DNA of 64,000 bases from Patescibacteria group bacterium (GTDB lineage: Bacteria; Patescibacteriota; Patescibacteriia; Veblenbacterales; UBA10138), in the NCBI GenBank assembly GCA_018817715.1, contig JAHITT010000006.1:218804-282803 (forward strand), given 5' to 3'. The first letter of the stretch is position 1. Each line of letters opens with the position of its first letter. The notes below the pieces were generated by a model. It was given only the letters and a program-made list of their open reading frames with translations, had not been told where the DNA came from and made no database searches. Made by a program: the position numbers and the translations under genes. Shown here piece after piece: positions 59,178 through 64,000 of the stretch.

Positions 59178-61040
59178 CTATTTGTCAATAATTAAAGGTA
59201 AGTTAACGGCCAAACACTTGCTTTTTTTCTGTTCCAAAATCTTTGGATGACTCATACCGTTAGCTATCTGATCTTTTAATAAAACAGACTGTTCAACTGG
59301 ATTTAAATGACTGTACTTTTGTTTAATAACCTGGCTAACCGATTCGGTAATGTATTCCTTAACTTCGGCGTCCAATATGTTTAAATGGGTTAATTCCTCT
59401 TCGTTTAAAGCCCGACTAAACCGCAAACCGTTATATTCAAATTTCTCTTGGGTAGATTCAACTTCTTTAGATTTAACCTGATTTTCGCCTGATAATTGGT
59501 AATCTGGTACTACAGCTTTAAGTAATTGTTCTAAACTAACTTTTTCTCCACCATTACCCGGACGCATAACCATTTGTTTATTTACTTTAAGGGCCCCGGG
59601 TAAATCAATATTAGCCAATAAATCGCTATTAGGTTTAAAACTGGTTACCAAATAACCACCTCGCTCAATATCATAATTTATAAAACCATCAAAACCATAG
59701 GCCCGGGCGGCCACAGCGCCACCAAACGATTTATCGCCTCTTTTATGTTGATTTAAAAATAATCTCCCCCAATCAGCCGCTACAATTAACTGCTTATTTT
59801 TAATAAGCTCCTCGTCTGATTTGTTTAAAACCTGATCAGCTTGTTTAATTATACTAACTTGTTCTTGACCTACTTTATCTAACTTTAACAATACTTCTTC
59901 TTTTTTATCGTTATTAATAATTTTTTCCAATAACGTTTTATCTAGCGGTTCGTTTAACAATTCACCATCCAGCTCCACTTGCTGTTTTTTGTTTAAAGGT
60001 AATCGCCATTTTTTTAATTCTAAAAACCTGTTTATTCTCTCCTTAACATAAAGATACTCCTGCTGTTGATTAAGCGCCCGGTGCAACCCACGCAAACTTA
60101 AATTACTACTGCGCCAATCTTCCTTGGTTTTTATTAAGTCATAATGCATGGACTTAGTGGCCAAATCCACTATGACCCGCAAAGCCTCATCTTTATTTTT
60201 TAAAATACCTTGCTCCTGTAAAACCTTATATAATACTTCAGCCGAAGAAGTTTCTTGAGCCGCTTTAACTAAACCATTATTTAATTCATTTAGCTCTTCA
60301 TTATCACTAGTTAATTCCGGTTTAGTCCAATTATTAAGTAAAGCATTTTCTAAACCAGTTTTTTTTATCAGCAATAAAACCGCTTTGGCATTACTATCAG
60401 ACGTATCTTTAAGATAAACAATTGGCTGATTATTTCTTTTTTTATCAACTGTTTTTTGCCAGCGGCCACTATCAACAAAATAACACCACAAACTCTCGGT
60501 GGCTCTAACAGTTTTGTCCAACAATTCCGGTTTTTCTTTAAAGGCCGCTTGATTAAATTCTTGGCCCAACCAAGCCGACATTTTTTTATTTAGATTAACC
60601 AAAGAAAAATCTGCTTCCGGCTTAATGGCTGGCGATTCTTTTTCCCTGATTGTATTCATAAGCTCCTGCCGTCTAGCCTCCCAAGGTAATTCTTTTGCAG
60701 TTGGCTCAGACCGAAGATTTTCGTAATAAGCTGCTTCCTCAAACAAAGCCGCAGCTTGATCACCTAAAACATTCCTACCTTGTCTTAATTCTTCGATCTT
60801 AGTTTGATAATCCGTATAAAATTGTTGTTTAACTTCTACGGGAATGGTTTGGGCTTTATCAGGCCCAAAAACCGTTTCTATAAATTTATCAACTGATTCA
60901 TTATTAACGCTTAAACCAGTCCAAAGGTTATCATTAAAGGATGTATCTAAAGAATCAACCAACCAAGCATATTCCGAACTTTGTCTAATTTGTTCAGTGG
61001 TTTTATAAACTTCCTGATTGTCTAAATTTTCTTTTTTCAT
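59178..61040 (-). CDS. Large hypothetical protein (620 aa), soluble, no recognizable domain
   Basis: ORF immediately upstream of, and co-oriented with, the 1352-aa gene (49-nt gap). No signal peptide or TM. Acidic and helical. Confidence 0.6.
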   Translation of the reverse strand: MKKENLDNQEVYKTTEQIRQSSEYAWLVDSLDTSFNDNLWTGLSVNNESVDKFIETVFGPDKAQTIPVEVKQQFYTDYQTKIEELRQGRNVLGDQAAALFEEAAYYENLRSEPTAKELPWEARRQELMNTIREKESPAIKPEADFSLVNLNKKMSAWLGQEFNQAAFKEKPELLDKTVRATESLWCYFVDSGRWQKTVDKKRNNQPIVYLKDTSDSNAKAVLLLIKKTGLENALLNNWTKPELTSDNEELNELNNGLVKAAQETSSAEVLYKVLQEQGILKNKDEALRVIVDLATKSMHYDLIKTKEDWRSSNLSLRGLHRALNQQQEYLYVKERINRFLELKKWRLPLNKKQQVELDGELLNEPLDKTLLEKIINNDKKEEVLLKLDKVGQEQVSIIKQADQVLNKSDEELIKNKQLIVAADWGRLFLNQHKRGDKSFGGAVAARAYGFDGFINYDIERGGYLVTSFKPNSDLLANIDLPGALKVNKQMVMRPGNGGEKVSLEQLLKAVVPDYQLSGENQVKSKEVESTQEKFEYNGLRFSRALNEEELTHLNILDAEVKEYITESVSQVIKQKYSHLNPVEQSVLLKDQIANGMSHPKILEQKKSKCLAVNLPLIIDK

Positions 61041-61126
61041 TAAAGGAATTTTAAACCTATTATCTTCTCTAATTTTAGCCTATTACCATAAGACAGGCAA
61101 TTATTTTACACGCTTTTCCAAAAGGC

Positions 61127-61155
61127 TTGAAAGGTTTAAAAACCTATGCTATATT
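61127..61155 (+). promoter_or_regulatory. Candidate sigma70-like promoter for tRNA-Asp
   Basis: TTGAAA (61127-61132), 17-nt spacer, TATATT (61150-61155), about 95 nt upstream of the tRNA. Confidence 0.35.
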
Positions 61156-61251
61156 GGCAAAGCTTATTTAGTTTTTGCCCCATTTTTAAAACTAGATAAA
61201 TTCCATACTAAACGGGATTGAATTTAAAAAATAAATACTTACGTACTAAGC

Positions 61252-61326
61252 GGGCTCGTGGTGTAGCCCGGTTAACACGTCTCCCTGTCACGGAGAAGAT
61301 CGCCGGTTCGAATCCGGTCGGGCCCG
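61252..61326 (+). tRNA. tRNA-Asp (anticodon GUC)
   Basis: Manual cloverleaf: acceptor GGGCTCG/CGGGCCC (one T-G), U8, D-stem GTGT/ACAC, anticodon stem TCTCC/GGAGA with loop CTGTCAC (GTC), T-arm GCCGG-TTCGAAT-CCGGT, discriminator G. CCA is not encoded. Confidence 0.85.
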
Positions 61327-61353
61327 CTTAGTACGTAAAACCAAAAAAAGGTT

Positions 61354-62160
61354 CTAATTAACCTCTTTTTTATTTAAAAATTTAAACCAAGTCAATTTAA
61401 GCAACCACAATAAACCAATAACCGTTGTTAACCCGGCCAACCACCAGCCGGCTCTTAAGCCTAACCAAAGTGACTGCTCATCTAGTCTGATAGTTTCCAA
61501 AATTATTCTCAATAAACCACTTAATAATAAATACCAAGCTATTAACCAACCAGCTGTTTTTTTACTCTTAAAACATCTTAATAAAAATAAACCAATAATT
61601 AACAAGCCAATAAACTCATAAAAAAATACTGGGTGAAAATAGCTAAAAGACTGGTAAATTTCCGGCCGCAATTGTTGAACAATTGGGATACCCCAAGGCC
61701 AATTAGTTGGTTGGCCAAATAATTCCTGATTAAAATAATTTCCCCAACGCCCAATAGCTTGGCCAATAGCCAAGCTAGGCGCTAGTAAATCAGCCACCAC
61801 CACAAATTTAATTTTTTTAATTCGGCTATAAAGCCAAGCAGCCGCTATTCCGCCAATTAAACCGCCCTGCCAAGCCAGACCGCCCTGCCAAAAAAACGGT
61901 ATCGCCGACCAGTGATCTTTAAAATACCACCACTCAAAATAAAAAACATCCACTAATCGAGCACCAATTAAACCAACTAATAAAAGCCAAAAAAATAAAT
62001 TATCCAAATCTAAAAAAACAATTGGCCGTTTTTTAAGCCTCAGTCTAGCTATAAAATAAGCCACCGCCACAGCTAAACCAAACAACAAACCATACCAATG
62101 AAAAATCAACGGTCCGATAGTAAAAATTATTGGCGAAGGAATAAAATCGTGAAAAAACAT
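61354..62160 (-). CDS. lgt: Prolipoprotein diacylglyceryl transferase
   Basis: 268 aa polytopic protein. HWYGLLFGLAVAVAYF... and the Lgt signature GRWGNYFNQELFG. Confidence 0.85.
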   Translation of the reverse strand: MFFHDFIPSPIIFTIGPLIFHWYGLLFGLAVAVAYFIARLRLKKRPIVFLDLDNLFFWLLLVGLIGARLVDVFYFEWWYFKDHWSAIPFFWQGGLAWQGGLIGGIAAAWLYSRIKKIKFVVVADLLAPSLAIGQAIGRWGNYFNQELFGQPTNWPWGIPIVQQLRPEIYQSFSYFHPVFFYEFIGLLIIGLFLLRCFKSKKTAGWLIAWYLLLSGLLRIILETIRLDEQSLWLGLRAGWWLAGLTTVIGLLWLLKLTWFKFLNKKEVN

Positions 62161-62245
62161 AATAACTGGAATATAGAATTAAGAATCCAGAATCATGGAT
62201 AAATCCACTAGTTATATCTACCGTCTAATATCAAAGGTAAACTAA

Positions 62246-62842
62246 CTATCCGCCGATCAATTTGCTTTGTATAATTTCTTTTAATTTGGTCCAATCGACC
62301 ACTGGCTCACCATTTAACAAAAAAGTCGGCGTAGCATTAACCTGGCGCCCGTCACCCTCTTTTATATCCTGCCTAACTTCATTAGTTTTAGCCTTACTAA
62401 GTAAACAGGCAGAAAATTTTTCTTTATCTAAATTAAGCTCACCCGCGTAATTTATTAATTCTTCTTCGGAAAAATTAGGTTGGTTATCAAATAATTTATC
62501 ATGGTACTGCCAAAACTGTTCCTGATCATTGGCACATTCAACTGCCAAGGCCGCCCGGAAGGCTTGAGTGTGAATCGATATCAAAGGGTAATGCTTAAAT
62601 TCCAAACGTAATCGGTCGCCAAAAGTAGCCATTAAATCTTTTAATAAAGGCTGAGCAGCCTTGCAAGCCGGACACTGAAAATCAGAAAATTCTGTTAAAA
62701 CCAAACTAGCTTGCTCATTACCCGCAATAGGCCGAGGTGACTGAATATCTGGATAATTAGGCACCGACAGTTTAAGCCACCAAACTACCAATAACAAAAC
62801 TACCACCCCGACCACAATAAACAATATTTTCTTTACTGACAT
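62246..62842 (-). CDS. Membrane-anchored DsbA-like thiol:disulfide oxidoreductase
   Basis: N-terminal TM anchor, thioredoxin-fold active site FSDFQCPACKAA (CPAC). Confidence 0.75.
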   Translation of the reverse strand: MSVKKILFIVVGVVVLLLVVWWLKLSVPNYPDIQSPRPIAGNEQASLVLTEFSDFQCPACKAAQPLLKDLMATFGDRLRLEFKHYPLISIHTQAFRAALAVECANDQEQFWQYHDKLFDNQPNFSEEELINYAGELNLDKEKFSACLLSKAKTNEVRQDIKEGDGRQVNATPTFLLNGEPVVDWTKLKEIIQSKLIGG

Positions 62843-62846
62843 TATT

Positions 62847-63602
62847 TTACTTATTTAAAATTTGATCAACTACCGACTTTACCTGCTCATAAGGCAAAGC
62901 GCCTTCCAAAGGCTGGCCGTTAACAAAAGTGGTCGGCGTACCGCCTACGCCATAAGCTGAACCTTCTTGTAAATCAGTTTGAACTTTCTGAGCCATTTCA
63001 CCACTATCCAAACAAGTTTTAAACTTAGCTTCGTTAACCCCCACTTCTTTGGCCAAAGCCGGTAACTTATCTAAAGCAAAGCCCGTGCCAGTAGCTGTAG
63101 TACGTTCAAAAATCTTATCAATAAACTGCCAATATTTATCGGCTCCGCCCAATTTACCCACACATTCAGCTCCTTCAGCTTCTTTTTGAGCGTTAGCATG
63201 GAAAGATAAAGGGAAATGCCGATAAATCCAAGCGATTTGCCCAGGATAATCCGCCATTATTTTTTTCATACTGTCATGAAATTTTTGACAAAAAGGACAT
63301 TCCAAATCAGAATATTCGATCATAACAATAGGTGCGTCCTTACTACCTCTTAGATAATCACTATCCTTAACAGCAATATCAACCGGCCCTAAAGATGGTT
63401 GCTGAGATGGATTATTATCAACCGGTAAATTAGCTGACGGATTACTGGTAGCTGTTTTTTTGCTAAAACTTCCACCAGAAAAGGAAAAAGCTACTGCCAC
63501 GATAAAACCAATTAAACTTATAGCGGCTACCCCCACCACTAAACCCATAATAAAGCTTAGTTTAGGAGAAACACCATTAAAAATACTAGGTCGATCTGTC
63601 AT
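62847..63602 (-). CDS. Membrane-anchored DsbA-like thiol:disulfide oxidoreductase (paralog)
   Basis: TM anchor (LVVGVAAISLIGFIVAVAF), active site YSDLECPFCQKF (CPFC), DsbA-like helical insertion. Confidence 0.75.
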   Translation of the reverse strand: MTDRPSIFNGVSPKLSFIMGLVVGVAAISLIGFIVAVAFSFSGGSFSKKTATSNPSANLPVDNNPSQQPSLGPVDIAVKDSDYLRGSKDAPIVMIEYSDLECPFCQKFHDSMKKIMADYPGQIAWIYRHFPLSFHANAQKEAEGAECVGKLGGADKYWQFIDKIFERTTATGTGFALDKLPALAKEVGVNEAKFKTCLDSGEMAQKVQTDLQEGSAYGVGGTPTTFVNGQPLEGALPYEQVKSVVDQILNK

Positions 63603-63728
63603 AAACTTAATTAATAAATAATTATACGATTAAAGTTGTTTAATTGTAGCATAATACTAACCAGTCAGTCTAAAATAACACTATAACTACTGTTTACTAT
63701 TAACTGGCTTATCTTTGCTAAAAAATTT

Positions 63729-64000
63729 TTATTTTTTTAGATCCTCTTTCAAAATCGCTGTAATTAATTTTTCCCAAACTTCTAAAGGCAAAACTCCTTC
63801 TACTTTACGACCATTAACAAACCAAGCTGGCGTGCCTTGAACCCCAGCCTTTAAACCAACTGCCAAATCCTCTTCTATTTCTTTAACTATTTTCGGATCA
63901 TTCAAGCAGGCCTTAAAATTGTTCATATTCAAATTTAAATCAGTCGCCAAATTAAGATATAAAGAATTTCCTAATTCATTCTGCCGATCAAATAACTTGT
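63729..64000 (-). CDS. DsbA-like thioredoxin-fold protein, C-terminal part (5' end beyond the window)
   Basis: The track ORF begins at an alternative start (63950), but the frame stays open to the window end. The C-terminal block ...GVQGTPAWFVNGRKVEGVLPLEVWEKL matches the cis-Pro/C-terminal region of DsbA-like proteins. Third tandem paralog. Confidence 0.5.
   Translation of the reverse strand, partial: KLFDRQNELGNSLYLNLATDLNLNMNNFKACLNDPKIVKEIEEDLAVGLKAGVQGTPAWFVNGRKVEGVLPLEVWEKLITAILKEDLKK

Overview
The window is a low-GC, gene-dense, almost entirely minus-strand-coded bacterial segment. Its gene content and architecture are consistent with a small-genome Patescibacteria/CPR-like organism; that is an inference from the sequence, not a database result.

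Most of the window is housekeeping:
- A partial thyA, then a thymidylate-pathway cluster: an HD-domain 5'-deoxynucleotidase-like gene, dut, an NMP-kinase-like P-loop gene and dcd.
- The secE-nusG-rplK-rplA operon, with dcd attached to its 3' end.
- A pheS-pheT-gyrB operon with a 1749-aa ORF of unknown function translationally coupled to its 3' end.
- A UvrD-like helicase with a C-terminal nuclease domain, and a complete F1Fo ATP synthase operon.
- rmuC, tatD, cvpA, metG, rsmI, an AI-2E permease, an M16 peptidase, glyQS, recO, a geranylgeranyl-reductase-like oxidoreductase, ileS and argS.
- rplT-rpmI-infC, tmRNA (ssrA) plus smpB, tRNA-Asp, lgt and three tandem DsbA-like thioredoxins.

I found no CRISPR array, no rRNA and no transposase. 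The parts that differ from the housekeeping backbone are:
1. The 1749-aa AT-rich, domain-less ORF fused to the gyrB operon.
2. An accessory stretch (about 50.9-55.1 kb) between smpB and a pair of large hypothetical genes. It contains extremely AT-rich low-complexity DNA, a 36-bp perfect palindrome, a family of hairpin-forming about 26-bp repeats (three near-identical direct copies, two of them flanking a small GIY-YIG nuclease gene), and a higher-GC cassette encoding a signal-peptide beta-barrel-like protein and a coiled-coil membrane protein, preceded by a strong promoter and a structured leader.
3. A 620-aa plus 1352-aa pair of hypothetical proteins (the larger with Gly-rich transmembrane hairpins) divergent from tRNA-Asp.
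4. A Clp-type double AAA+ ATPase that appears membrane-tethered, with an overlapping upstream membrane ORF, next to a DUF11-repeat surface protein.

Functional calls rest on motifs I can read in the translations; I could not run any database search.
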